Below, piece after piece: positions 36,477 through 49,924 of a stretch of DNA of 64,000 nucleotides. This DNA is from Macrostomum hystrix (Eukaryota > Animalia > Platyhelminthes), in contig CATNEN010000007.1 in assembly GCA_950097015.1 (NCBI GenBank), positions 9,548,001 to 9,612,000 on the forward strand, in the 5' to 3' direction. The number at the start of each line of letters is the position of its first letter. The stretch's first letter is position 1. The position numbers and the translations under genes were made by a program. Under the pieces are notes generated by a model. It saw only the letters and a list, made by a program, of their open reading frames with translations, had not been told where the DNA came from and did no database searches.

Positions 36477-39400
36477 CAGACCTGATTGTGTAAAGATCAG
36501 TAAAGCTTTTCTGATTGCAGTGGGACTATTGCAGGGTTCTACTGCTCTACCAGCAGGCTCGTCGGTTAAGTCTATCGACCGGCAGTTTTGGATTGGTTGA
36601 GACGCGGCCAGCAAATCAGCAGCGGCTACCAGTGTGCTGTCCTGAATTTCTATCCGCCCTTGCTGATGGGATTCTCTGAGTGAGCTGATCAAATTTCTGA
36701 ATCCTGCAGAGAAGCCGAGCCAGTGGCAGTGGAAGCAGCTGACAGACCACTGGGGAATTCGGGTCCGAATTGATGATTTTGTGGGCCGCGAAGACAAGCC
36801 ATGCATTCTCTTTATGCTGGGCAAATCAAGTTAGTGAGCCTGAGCGGCAGGGCTGTATTGTGCTAATCACAGCCAGATGGCATTTAGACAGTCTGACCTA
36901 ACACAGAGATAGAGCAAAACCCTTGGTTAGATGTTAGGTCTGCTTGTTTTGTGTTTTGTGTTCAATCTAGAATTAAAGATATAACAGGGTTTGCCTCGCC
37001 TGTACATATTGAAACCATTTGTACTCTTTTATGTGTAGCTACCCAGTTCAAAAATTTACCTTCCAGTGTCCTGAGCAGTCAGCTTAGGTCGCCAGTTTGT
37101 AAAGTGCTTTCCTAGGCGATCAATTAAGTTGTTGTGGTTTCGCGTCACTACTCTAGGGCTGTTCAGCTCAACTGGCAACAACGGTGTGATCGCTAGTGTT
37201 CTCAAAAAAGAGTGAAAAGAAGACCAAGACTGGTTAACCAGAAACTCTATGAGTGCGTGAGCTGAGCTCAAGCCTGGCGGTCTCTTCCGCTACGTCTGTC
37301 ACGCGGCCGCTATGGTTCGGGGTTAATTAGAGGCCCTGGCTGAGAAAACCGAACAGCTTGAGCCTGTGTAAGTCCAATATTTTCACTTCTCTGTGCTCTT
37401 GTAGCCAGCGCTCGAATCATGCGTGCACTTTAGCAAAAAGAGTTGGAACGGATGGAGTCTGAAATATCGAGGTGTGCTAATAACGGGGCTGACGTAATTT
37501 CGGCCAGGTGTATTTGACCAGGCTTCCGTTGGCACTGTAATGCTGGCCGAAACTTGAATATCAATATGGGCTATAAACTCTGTTTGCCTTTGTCGCTCCT
37601 AGTTTGCTTGAATACACTTGTGCGCCGGTCCGGTCTCCCGCTTCCGCTGAATTATCCCCATACAAAGCCCTGAACAGCCGCGCGGCTGGCTTCTGTGTTT
37701 GCATTTCTCAGATCTCAGAGCACAGTGAGCCGCGAATTTTCATTTCCAGATGGTTCCTGATCGGCTATTTGGACTAGTCACGCAGCCTATTCTGATACGC
37801 TTCTGAAATTGGACAGCTACTGTTGTGCAACAGCTCTTATCGATCGGCCGCGAGATTCGCGAGCTGGATTTCCCACCCGAGCCGGTCTGGCAATAACTGA
37901 CGATGTGCTGGCGGCTCTTGCAAGTCACCCTGCTGTTGCACGACTCTAGCGCGTTTAATTTTGCTCAGCTTTGGCGAAGACCTTGACAGGATCACAGAAT
38001 TCAAACAGAGCGTGAGGGGCTTTCTCAGGGTTTGCAGTGCATTCGAAATTCCCTTTTCATTTTGGAACTAAAATCATTTATTAATTGTTGTGAATAGCCG
38101 CGACGATGCGCAGGGTTATAGCAGAGACGACTGTCTCCCGGCCTTCTCAGAACGATTCATTCTTGCGTGGCGGGCTCTGCCCGTGTTGTGAGCAGTCCGC
38201 TGTCCCGGATGTCAGATGAAAGCGCTGAGCAGTATAAAGAAGCGAAAATGTAACGGCAGAATTGAGTTCACAGAGCCGCCAGAGGGAAGAGCTCGTGCAA
38301 GGCCAACAGTGCTGTCCTAAAAGGGCCGCCAGATTCGCTAGCGATCAAAGCGGTAGCAGCAATTCTCTCTGAGCCATTCATCACAGCCGCTGTCGCATGA
38401 TTTCGAAGCCGCGAGTGAGCATTGGAAATGGGATAATTTGCAGTGCGCTGACTGCGTTGGCGCTTCTGCAACAAATTTGCATAGCCGAGTGCCACGGCTA
38501 GGGGTAGGCGACGTCGCAATTGCTGCAACCGACGCTTGAGAGATTAGCGAATTCGCAGCTAGAGGCTCTCTCTAAAGCGGCGCGCGTTTTTGTTAAGATA
38601 ACTTCTGTGGCTCTCGCCTTTGTTGTAGAAAGTTTCCGTGAATGCTTGCTTCGCCTGTCCTTGGGCTGCCTAGGCTTGGCTGGGCAAACGAACTTGTGCT
38701 TGTAACCAGAATATGAATTCAGCTCATAGTGATAGAAAATTTGGGCATTGGGAAAGCGCCCTATATGCCCAAATCACTTGAGTACTCATCTCAAGTGGTG
38801 GAATTTTTCTTATCCCCAGAGGCAGCGCAATTGCGCTTAAGTCCATGAGTACCTCCTAAAGCACAGTGAGAGTATTGGCAGAGAATTAGATGGTTATTTG
38901 CAAGACTCCCGGATGCTTCAATTGCCGGGAGTTGCGCGCTTTCTCATGACCAATATTTTCTAGGAAACTCCGAAAAGTGGGCCGATTTCCCAGGCCTTAT
39001 TTTGCTTCTACAGTACGCCTTATCCCTGCAAGCATAACAAATTGTCTTCATAACAAGAAGGGCCACTACACTGCCTCTCCTAGAAGTATACAGTTCAGGA
39101 TGGAGCGTGGAGAGTGGAATGTTTGGGCAGAGCTAAGGGGCAACCGGCAATCTTTGGGAAACCTGCTCAAATTGGGAACAGGAGCGGTTGCAAGGGGAGG
39201 AGGGAGAGGCTCGGAGGCCTACTGTAAGCTGCTATCCAGGAATGAGAGGTCAGGGCCACCCAGGCTTAAGAGGAAATTTATCTAGTCACGAGACTATTTT
39301 CAAAGAAATAAATGCAAAAAGACAGCTCTGCGTAGGATGAAGAAAGATTGAAGCTGTGCTCCGGCAATCCCATAAATTTGATCTATACTGCATGTGCTCT

Positions 39401-40883
39401 CGCTGATGGCTTTCGGGTTTTAAACAGCGGAAGGAGAGAGTGTACACAGGGACTTGTTTTCTGTTTATGCGCACTTGCACTTTTGGGTCCAGGCAACCAG
39501 CGATAGCTGCGTGATCACCGATAGCAGCGATCCTCCCGTCTAAATAAAGGAGAACATTCGCTCAGAGCCGTGAATGTCTGCTCTATTCTGATAAACAGCT
39601 CTCAATTTTAGGGATTTTAAGCTTGCAGTAATGGCCGCAGATTACTCAGCTTGCGCTCCGGCCCACGCGTTAATTAGGCATGATTAATCGACCGAGGCTC
39701 CGGCTAACCAGTCCCAATTGTCCCACAGCAGACTAAAGTGAGGCCAATTACTCTATCAGCGCACCGCAGCCTAGCAACGCTAAATGCCTCTCAATGGCTA
39801 TGGTCCATAGCAACCCTGCAAAGAGGGCAATCCATTTGAATAAGTGTCTGGGAGGTCAGGCTAAGCCGCAGTAATTTACCTCACAGGGATGGGTCAAGCA
39901 GCTGAGGGCAAAGCTTAGCAAATACAATCACATGCAAAGTCAGGTTTCCTTCACTCAAATGCGAGTGAAAGCAAATAAGGGCATAAATGACAGAATTTTC
40001 ATAGCTTAGCTAAATACTAACTGCTTAAAGCCTCTTAGCAAGAACCGGAAAATCCATTCGTGCATTCATCCGGGCTTAGAATTGGAACGATTGGCATTCA
40101 GGGCAGTTCCATTGACCGCTGGCACGCAGCCCACGCCATCTGTGTTGAATTGCGCATCCGGCTAGTTCCGTAGCGGCCATTGTCAGAGTGGCCTTGGTTT
40201 GCACTCTTAAGCGAACTCTTGCTTGTTACTGCTTATAAACGAAGAAGAGGCTAGCCGAAAGCAAGTCCAGTCCTTTTGTAAACACGCCGTTGTTATTTAC
40301 GTAATGCTTATTGAATGACACTCAACAAGAGAGCTTGCTGAACTACACCTGGACTGCAGACCTTCCACATCTGGGCAATCTGTGAACACCTTAACACCAG
40401 CTGGAACTGCTCCGTCACTTCGACAAATTTTCGACAAACAGTAGAAAAGCGTTTGGCGCCGCGGTTCGCGGAAAAAATCAATGACAAAAACGCCGGCTTT
40501 TTCTGCAGATTTTTGTAAGAAATGAGAGACAAAAATGTTTATAACTATGGAAACCGGCTTGATAAGGCGGTGGCACAGTCCGGTGTATTTAGCTACTGAA
40601 ATGTAAGGCTAAGGAGTAATCCCGCCCTATCCCAGATTAAAAGGCTCGGCGCAAATGCCGGTACACGGCAGCAGATGAGGGCCGGGCTTAGCCGATTTGA
40701 CATAATTTACGACCTAGATGAAAAAAAAGAAAAATAAGCAGAAAATTACTCGGGCGGGACAGACAATGGCGCAACCAATTCCCACAAAAGCCCAACAGCC
40801 TTATAGCAGTCCAATGTTGATAAAAATGTCTGAGTGAGCTCTCGGAGCATTTGCCTTTGTAAGCCATCCAATAGAATTTCAGA

Positions 40884-41471
40884 CTACAGCAACTTCAGGT
40901 GGCCAGTGACCTGGTCGATGACAGGCGAAGGTCCCGGTCCGATGCCAAGAACGGTGGCGGAGCCGGCGGCGATCTGGGTGCGCCCGGCGTCGTGAATGAC
41001 CACCGCCACGAGGCCCAGCGAGTGCGCGATGGCCTGCAGCTCGTACAGCCGGTTCTCATCGCCATCGGCGCGCAGGGCCACTTTCTGCTGGCCGGAGCGG
41101 AGCCACTTGGCTAGGGAGGCCGGGTCTGCCCGCTGCGCCTTCCTGTAACAGCCGACAGCGGCGTGGGCACACTGGGCGGCCGACTTGCCGCGCGACATGC
41201 CCAGATCCGTGCGCGTCACCAGCGTCATCTTCCACTCCGTGTAGCCGCTGAAGTCGCCGCCGCCTCCGCCTGCATTGTCGTCCTCATCGCCGCTGTCCGT
41301 GTCCCAAGAATCCGAGGCGGCCGGTGCCGATCCTGCGGCCGTCGGAGGCGCGATATCGCCTCCGCCGCCGGCGCCTTCGCCGCCACTGGCGTCACCGAAA
41401 CGTGACCGGGCGAACCAACCCGCCAGCACGCCGGCCAGCAAGGCGGACAAAGAGGCCAGCCAGGGGGTCAT
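40884..41471 (-). CDS. PTRH2: Peptidyl-tRNA hydrolase 2 (Pth2/Bit1)
   Basis: N-terminal TM anchor; KMTLVTRTDLGMSRGKSAAQCAHA, GQQKVAL, DAGRTQIAAGSATVLGIGP, IDQVTGHLKLL. Start taken at the first ATG after a splice acceptor near 41497. Confidence 0.95.
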   Translation of the reverse strand: MTPWLASLSALLAGVLAGWFARSRFGDASGGEGAGGGGDIAPPTAAGSAPAASDSWDTDSGDEDDNAGGGGGDFSGYTEWKMTLVTRTDLGMSRGKSAAQCAHAAVGCYRKAQRADPASLAKWLRSGQQKVALRADGDENRLYELQAIAHSLGLVAVVIHDAGRTQIAAGSATVLGIGPGPSPVIDQVTGHLKLL

Positions 41472-41557
41472 GGTGCCAGCGGCTGGGGCGGCGCGCTGCA
41501 AAAGACAATGGCCAACTTGATGAAGGCAACAGGAAATTTAAGAATTGCCTGATCCGG

Positions 41558-41762
41558 ACGGGTGAACTAAGGACCTTCAAGGGTGAACTAAGGACCTGCA
41601 AGGGTGAACTAAGGACCTGCAAGGGTGAACTAAGGACCTGCAAGGGTGAACTAAGGACCTGCAAAGGTGAACTAAGGACCTGGAAGGGTGAACTAAGGAC
41701 CTTGAAGGGTGAACTAAGGACCTGCAAGGGTGAACTAAGGACCTGGAAGGGTGAACTAAGAA
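41558..41762. repeat. Minisatellite, 21-bp unit (aagggtgaactaaggacctgc), ~10 copies
   Basis: Tandem array just upstream of the PTRH2 acceptor. Confidence 0.95.
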
Positions 41763-42784
41763 CCAGAAAGCGGGTTAGCCTTGACTAAGAATCCAGTAGT
41801 CAACTCAAGCTGATTAATTGTAAAGCAACCAACAAACATTAAACAAAGCGTTCAGATGACTTCCGCTGAGCCAGTAACAGGGCCGATGTATTTACAGTCA
41901 AAATTAGCGGCTAAAGCTCTGGGACATTAAAACGCGGGGGTTGGATGGTGCTGAGTTCGAATCGAGGCAAAGAAGTCGAGACCAATTTGTCTTCGGATTG
42001 GCAGGGAGCGGGGAGCGACACGTAAGGGGAAACGATGCAAAAATGAGACGGCGGAAGTAAAAAAAGTGCACGTTTCTGGGGCGAACTCAGGCGTAAGGAA
42101 ATCGAAGAGAGAATGGAAATCAGCAAGCCGTTACTTTCCTACAGCTTCCGATGCGCATTGCACTACTGCTGCTGCTTGGCCAGACAGTAGCATCTCTAGC
42201 GCAATCCGAATTAAAAAATAGAACACTAGTATTAGAAATTTGTTAATACATAGGAGTTCGAGACCAGAGGTGCTGGGACACGCATGACACGCAGGGTAAG
42301 AAGGGTTAGGTGCAGACCGCACGCGGGTCAGAACTATAAATAAACTTAAAACAGGCGAGCCAGCCGTAAGGCAACTTCGTACAAATAATAAATGAACAAC
42401 ACGCGGGAGATGCATTGCAAATTACTAATAAGCCACACCAGTATAGGCTTAAATAAATAGCTGCACGCGACTCGCAATGCACAATACGGGGGCGGGCCGG
42501 GCCTGGAGGCCGAGGAAGTCCGGGCGGGCTGCTTAAGTGGCGCAGAATAATGCGGCAGTTTACATTCCACAATTTTATGAGATTCCAACAGCTAATTTCT
42601 AATGATTGACAACCGCCCAAAAGCTCCCATGATTTCTTTAGGCCCCAGTTGGTGCAGAACCTAAAAATTGAACAATTTTGCTTATACACTACTGCAGGAG
42701 ATTATACACTACTGCGTGGGCACGCCTAAAACCTAGCCTCAGCCTCCCTATGCCGCATCTCCCCGCCAGGCCGCGGGAGGCGCC

Positions 42785-45652
42785 TCAGTTGTTCGCCTCG
42801 CCGCTCTCGGCCTCGTGCTTCCGCTTTGTGCCGCGGCGACTCGAGGAAGCCTCGTCGGCATCGCAGGCAGCGGCGACATCCGCAGCGCCAACCTTGCCAC
42901 CCTTGGCCTTGGCAGCCGAGGCTGTTGAGGCGTTTACACTTTCGTCCTCCTCATCCTCGTCCTCAATTTCGTCATCGTCATCCTCGCCGCCGACGGCTTC
43001 GGGATCAAAGTCGTCATCCTCATCTTCCTCATCCTCGACGTCGCCGCGCTGCAGGTAGGAAAGGCCGACCTCGTCTGTCTCTTCTTCCTCATCCTCATCG
43101 TCGTCATCTTCGTCCTCCTCATCGTACTCTTCTCCATCATCATCGCCGTTGACATTCACATCGCCTTCTCCATCGTCGTCGTCATCGTCGTTCTCCTCGC
43201 ACTCCTGGTCCTCGGCGTCCAAGCCGTCGAGGAATTCGACCTGCGGCAGTTGGGCGAATACGGCGTCCCTGAAAAGTACACGGGTTGCGCAGACATGACG
43301 GCAGTTCAAAATTGAGTCAGTGGGATTATAAACTCCCAATAATTTGACTCAGTGAACGATGGGGTATCAAAAATGATTTTGAGAACTTTACTTAACTAGG
43401 AAAGTCTAAAAAGAACTGGCATTTTCACATTTGTTACTGAATTTTTACTTCTGAGAATAATAGCACTTAAGGAAAAACTAGGCGGGAACATTTTTCTCGC
43501 GAAAATTGTCATCGTGACAGGGGGATTTTAAGCATGCTTGAATAATTGAAGTTGGAATTGGTGTGGCATCGGAACTCCTTTCAAACAATACCCACAACAG
43601 ACTTACGCAAAGCTCAGTTGATTTGTTAAGAAATTTGAACAGAGAGCAAATTTGAACAGGGGCTTTGTTTAGCGAGAGCGCTTCGCCGCTTCACAAACAC
43701 CCGGGGAAATGCGGCACGTTGGTTACATAGCCATTGTTTTCGCCTCAGCATAAAACTTGCGATGTGTGAAACAGAACTGTTGCTGAAAGCCGTTCAAAGA
43801 ATGTCCCGCAACCTTGATCTATTCCATCGCAGCTAGTCTTTGCAGCCAGTCTATGCTCACTGTGGCCTCAGTTATTTTTGCTTGCGCTTGCTGCGGCCTG
43901 ACTGCAGGCAGCCAACTGATTTCTACCTGGCGAGCGCAGCGCGACAACCTCAGTGAATACCTGATCGACAGAACTGTTTCTGCCCACAGCGCCATGCAGT
44001 GCGCTGCACAGGCCAGAGAGGCACACCATGCAGTCTGGTACTCGGCTGGCTCCTGCCGCATGCTCATCTGCCGTTTGGGTTGGACCGGCTGTAGAAAGTG
44101 CAGAAATGCCGCGAACTCCAGCCTACCACTGCTCATGGTGAGCGGGCTGGTCCGCCGCAACAATGCGAGCTTATCAATGACCTGATAATTAACAATTGTG
44201 TATTTCAGATGAAGCGACTGGACAGTCTGGAACTCAGCTGGTGCTGGCGGACATTCCAGCACAGAGTGGACGACTCGGTGGACTTCTATCGCACATGGTC
44301 GGACTATCTATCCATGTTTGGCCAGAATGAAGATGGAAACTACTGGATGGGCCTTGAAGCCATTCACCAGCTGACCAAAGCCGGTGACAGGAGGGTTCGT
44401 TGGGAAATGAGCGCCTGGAATGGCAGCTGGTGGTGGTGGGAGAACTCCTACTTTGTTGTTCAGGGCTCAAGCCAAGGCTATCGGCTATTGCTGGGCAATC
44501 AAGATGTGGCCCGCTCCAATGTCCTGCAGTGTGCGTCGACGTCTTTGCAATTTATGAATAATAGCAAGTTTAGCACGTATGACAGAGACCAGGACTCGGC
44601 ACCCAGTAGCTGCGCCGTCGCATACGAAGGTGCCTGGTGGTACAACAGCTGCTACTGCATCAACCCAAACGGCCGGTACTACAAGCCGCCCGCTGCACTC
44701 AACCTGCCCAGCTACGGTCTAACCAATAAAGGAATCTCATTCCTTGGCGCCAGCCCGAACTTTAACAAGAATCCGCTGGATTATTCGCAGTCAATGAAGA
44801 CATTCGAGTGTCTCGTGACGGATTATAACTAATTTGCAGAATCCACTGATGCTGCTGGTCGAATCATGCTTCACTTAATTGCGCCTCGGACACTAAGATT
44901 CATAAAATGATGTCACCAGGCAGCCTTGGTCTGACAATTGTACCAATTTGCTGTTGCTATTGACTAAACTATGCTAGGTATATAAAACACTAACACTACC
45001 AATAAATTCTAGGTAAGCAAGGCAAAAAGACAATCAAAAATTGAAACTATATCTATTACACATTTGTGTGAAGTACTAATTACAGAATGCAACTCAATTA
45101 TACAAGACACCCTTTACTTATTGAGTAGCCAGATATACATCTGGTCATCACCGAGCTCTGACCAAGCCAAGTATTGTGCTCTCGCCTCTCACCATTCCAG
45201 TTATCCTACTCTGAGTAGGCAGTTAAAAAATATGCAGTCTAATCTAAAGAGCAGAAAACCTACCTGTAGCCCTCAACATTGTTGACAGCGCAGCCATAAA
45301 GATCGAGGGTTCTAAGCTTGCCAAGGCTGGCCAGCGGTTTAAGAGCGTCAAGATCGCGAAAGCGGTTTCCGCTGAGGATGAGCTCGGTTAGGGCTGGGCA
45401 GCCGGCCAGGTGCTGCAGGCCGTCCTGCAGGCGGTTGTCGGACAGCTCCAAGCGGCGCAGCTTGGGCAGGGCGGGGAAGCCGGCAAGGCTCTGCAGGCCC
45501 ACATTGTTGAGGCTGAGGGACTCGAGGTTCACGTAATCGGCGGTCAGGCCCTCCAGCGCGCTGGCCTTGCAATTGTCCAGGTTAAGCTCCTTGATGTCGG
45601 CAGGCACCTTGTTGCGGCGCTCCAGCTCCAGTCTCTGCTGCATGGACATCAT
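42785..45652 (-). CDS. ANP32: Acidic leucine-rich nuclear phosphoprotein 32 (ANP32/pp32/mapmodulin)
   Basis: Exons 45652-45264 and 43268-42785 (phase 2). ELNLDNC, LRRLELSDNR, LILSGN, LDLYGC..YRDAVFAQLPQVEFLDGLD, long acidic tail, KRK NLS. Confidence 0.95.
43853..44832 (+). CDS. Secreted fibrinogen-related domain (FReD) protein with N-terminal PAN/apple-like region, nested in the ANP32 intron
   Basis: Exons 43853-44137 and 44209-44832 (phase 0); signal peptide; FQHRVDDSVDFYRTWSDY, NYWMGLEAIHQLT, KFSTYDRDQD, GAWWYNSC..NPNG. Confidence 0.9.
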
Positions 45653-48600
45653 CTGCAGCGTGGAAATGCCAGTTTTATAGGCTTAAGCGTGAGGTCAGAC
45701 CAGGCTAGCTAGCTTTTGATATATTAGATTGAAAAAGCAATACTGGGCTAGCATTTACTAGCTAGTAAGGTAAGGATATGAGTGATCAGAAAAGTCTTTC
45801 AATTTTGTAGCTTCACTTTGTTTTTTGACTTGCACTAACAATTTAAAAATTACTCAAATAGATGGATGAAAAGGACACCAACTTTAACATATTGTTTTTT
45901 GTATCTACAAGCAAGTTGCCAAGTCAGTCCAATTATTTTTGGACTGGCGCAGGCTCATATGAATTGCCTAATGCATCAAATATAAACTGCATAACATCAG
46001 CTAATTAGTAAATCGAGACAGCATTTTACTTGTGACATAAAAAACTTTGGGCTTTTCTGAACAAGGTTACATCAAAAGCCACATTAAATTGTATATTTGA
46101 TCCATCAAATGTATCATTGTCTTGTTTTATAATGAACATTGATCATTGTGTAGTTTTTTTGCAAGTGAACACATTGTCAAAGGTTTCTTTAATCAAACCC
46201 GTTAAAACAACCCCATGCACTGCAGATTTCAGCCAATGTGGCTTGTGGTCTACGGTCAATGATTATTACTACACACTAGGGCTAGGGCCACTGATAATTT
46301 ACATGTTGCTTGTTTAACTTCACAATTTCTATGCCATTTTCCATGCTTGTAGTTTTGTATCCATGGAGCTTCTTGAAAAGAAGAGCCATTATTTTATTAA
46401 ATTATGAAGAATTTCAGAATAGAATTTATGTATGTTTATTATTTGATTTGCCATAGGTTGCAAAGCCAAACCATTATAATGTTCGAATTGGTTAAAATGT
46501 GTGTTTGTTTGGAGGTTCACCACACCTCTTGTCCTACACCAGAAAAAATCATAATTTTGTGAACCATTCATGTAGCACTGAAATTTAGGTGAGTTAGAGA
46601 TTGGTTCTAAGTGCTGTACAAGATCTCAGTTTGTGTAAAAATTTAATTTTTTTTTCTTTTAAAAAAACTGAGATCTTGCAAGAACAAAGACTACCACTTC
46701 TGACTTTATTTGGATATACTAAACCTATAAACTAGTTAAGGTTCGAATTTTATAACTTCTAAATAGTGTCTTTTTATTTGCGATTTCTTACAAAAAATAA
46801 TATTCTCTAAATTCACTTTAAATCTTTTTTATATTAGCATAGCAAAAAAGTTATAAACTTAGAAACTAAAAATATAGTCAGAAAAGATAAATGTGTCTTG
46901 AATCATAAAAAATGTTTCTAAAATCATAAATTTTACTGTATACACAACTTTTCTGCTTTTGTCCATAATATATTATATTTTAATTTTTGATACATTTTAG
47001 GAATCCAGACCCTAATTTTGATTTTTAGCATAAACTCTAAATTAATGTTACCAAACTGACAAAAAAGTTATCACTAGGTAATGATGAATCTGAACCTAGT
47101 TTGCATAATTATATAATTGGCAGAAATACTAAAAATTTGTTATATATCTTCTGTATCTTCAAATACTAAAAAATGAAGATCAACATAAATATGGCTAGTA
47201 TCAATGCTTACACATGTTATAGCCTAGCCTAGGTTTTAATCATTAATTTCTTGTTATTATCAGGATTTTTTCTTTTATTGCATGAAAAAATAGACAGAAA
47301 TCTTACAACTTGAGTTAAAGCTGAAAAATATAACTTAAAATCCAAAAAAGTTGGTAAACAACCTAGCTAATAATGGTGATTCTATACTTTATATATAGCT
47401 TAAGGTATTTGTTTGGTGAATAAGGCTCAGTACCTATGATGTCAATACTTGCTTAAAGAATATTTCAATACTTTGCCTCCCTTTAAGCAACTTAACTTTC
47501 TGTCTGCTATTAGAATTTTTATACAATGCTCAAAGACATACACAAAGAAAAAAATTACTAAACATGTGTCTTAAAACAATTTTTCTGATAGGGTAGTATG
47601 CTATAGCATGCAAAATGGGGCTAAACAAAGCTAGGCTACCCTATGGCACAAGGCATCAGCCTGATATTTAGAAAATTTGCTAGACATTAGGTGTAGAGCA
47701 GCCTATTTTTAAGGGGGAGTACTAGGCACAAGCTAAACCTTTATTGAATCTGCAAACTGACAATGGAAGTATTGACAAATGAACCCAGCTGACAAACAAA
47801 TAATTAAAATAAATTCTGGGAGCACAAATATTGTGTGCTGCATTGACTTGCATTCTGGCATCTAGGGATGTGTACCCCTGGTGCCACAAAACTCTGCTAC
47901 AGATGCCAAACATACCATTTGTAGTGCAATCTTCTTGCGCCATTTGAATGTACACATTTACTGTAATCTTCCATATTTACACTAACATTTGCAATGTAAT
48001 TTTGTACTAGTATTATATTGTATTCGTATTTTACTTCCTTTATCAATTGTAATTTACTGTGTTCGTATTTGATTTAATGTCTACTACCTAAATACTGCAT
48101 GTCATCGCGAACCCTTAGTTTGTACACTGATTGGCTCAGCTTATAGTTAAATACACTTGAGGGTGATTGGCGGGTACCTTCCCGTACGGCTGGCATCGGA
48201 GTGAGAGCTAAGTTAAAGTTTACATTTTGATTGCGAGTCTATAAGATTTGAAAACCAGTTCAGTAACACGAACTTGTTACACATTCTTTGGAACACTCAC
48301 TTTATAATTCACACATTGTAGGCCTATTCTTAAACTTCAAACATTTCAGAAAACTTAAATTAAATATATATAGCTATATACAATCCATTAGCTAGCACTA
48401 ATTAAAATCAAAATAATTTAATGTACATAACTACTGGATAGCCAGGGTTTGTCTAAAGATTTACAAGGATCCATATTCATTCATCAAGCAGAAAATATGA
48501 TTAACTAATTAGAGAATCATAATAAAAATTACATACCTATATGAGGCATCCAAAAAGATATATAATATTAAAATGCATTAGAAAAACAATATACTAACCT

Positions 48601-49924
48601 TGATTTTATATCTTTATTAAGTGATATTCAATAGTCAAACAAGCCTCAACGACCTTTGAATGAAACCAATTATCTATCAGCTTCAAGCTAAACAGATGTA
48701 AAAAATACAAATTGCAGGCAAGCCGATGTACCTTCTAGAAATTATATTAGGCCTAAACTAAATTAGTAAATTATGATCTATGCACTATGCTAAGATTAAG
48801 AAAAAGCCGAATTCACTAAATTCAGGCCAACCAAGCAAGATAAAGCGAATTTTGATTAGTTAGACCTACTATATTTAATATAATATTTTTTCAATACTAA
48901 TTACCGACTTGTGAATAGAAACATAGAAATCGCAAAAAAAACAAATCTTATTGTATAGCTAGAACTATGTGAAAAGCTGACACTAACGCGACAGTTTTTT
49001 TTAACAGCGTGCAGCCATTTTTTTCTAAGAATTGTATCGAATATAACAATGGAATTCGTTTTTATCAAATTCGAACAAAAATACTGTAAATAGAAGTATC
49101 AAATTCAGTATCATAGTATCCATTTACAACGATTGCTACAATATCAACTTAAAAGTACGGTTAGCTTGCTTTATTTTTTATCATACTCAAACTACTACTC
49201 GTATTATAGTCAGCAGTTATTTGTGCGTACAGTTTTTTTAAATCCAAGATGAGAAATCCAGTAGTTTGTAGCTATTGCTTTGCGCTTTCAGAGGCTGTGC
49301 ATAGTCCATTGATTGAAGACTATGGTTTGGTGGGCGCCACATCTACAGGAATTTCTTACGGCTGACGCAAACCCGTTTTACATGGCCGGGTCAGCGCGTG
49401 ATTAGCCCTGCCAGCCCTGCCTCACCCTTCTCTCTCTGCCCCGTCTCAAGTGCATGTCGTCCTGCCCCAGCGCCCACCTTCCCGGCCGTCTCGTACAGAA
49501 TTTATAAACGCGCAGCCCACGACGACCGTGTGACGGTCTCTGTAACAATTCGTGATAATATTCTAAAAGAGGATCGATTTCGTGCGAAGAAAAACTGAAT
49601 TAGCAATACATTCGAACCCGTATCACAGAATCACGCTACACTTCATGCTCTTCCACTGCAGTCCCCAGAGGATCTGAACGCCTCGACGGTTGCATCCATC
49701 TGCTCTTTCTCTCTCATTACATGGTGATACTCTCGATGGTATATAGATATCGAATGATATGGTAAAAAGATATCGAATATATACTTCTCCCTGCCTGACC
49801 AGAGGCCCAGCATCCATCGCACGTAAAAAGATATCGAAACAATTTAAAACAAATACCCTGTGTGTATACAGAAACGCGTACAATGTACATTTAGTTAAAC
49901 TTATTGTAGCTGTTTAGATCTAGA

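Noticed and set aside
42188-42570. Possible solo LTR (similar candidates at ~17970-18390 and ~61034-61667)
   Set aside because: No convincing TG..CA ends with TSD and no internal retroviral domains
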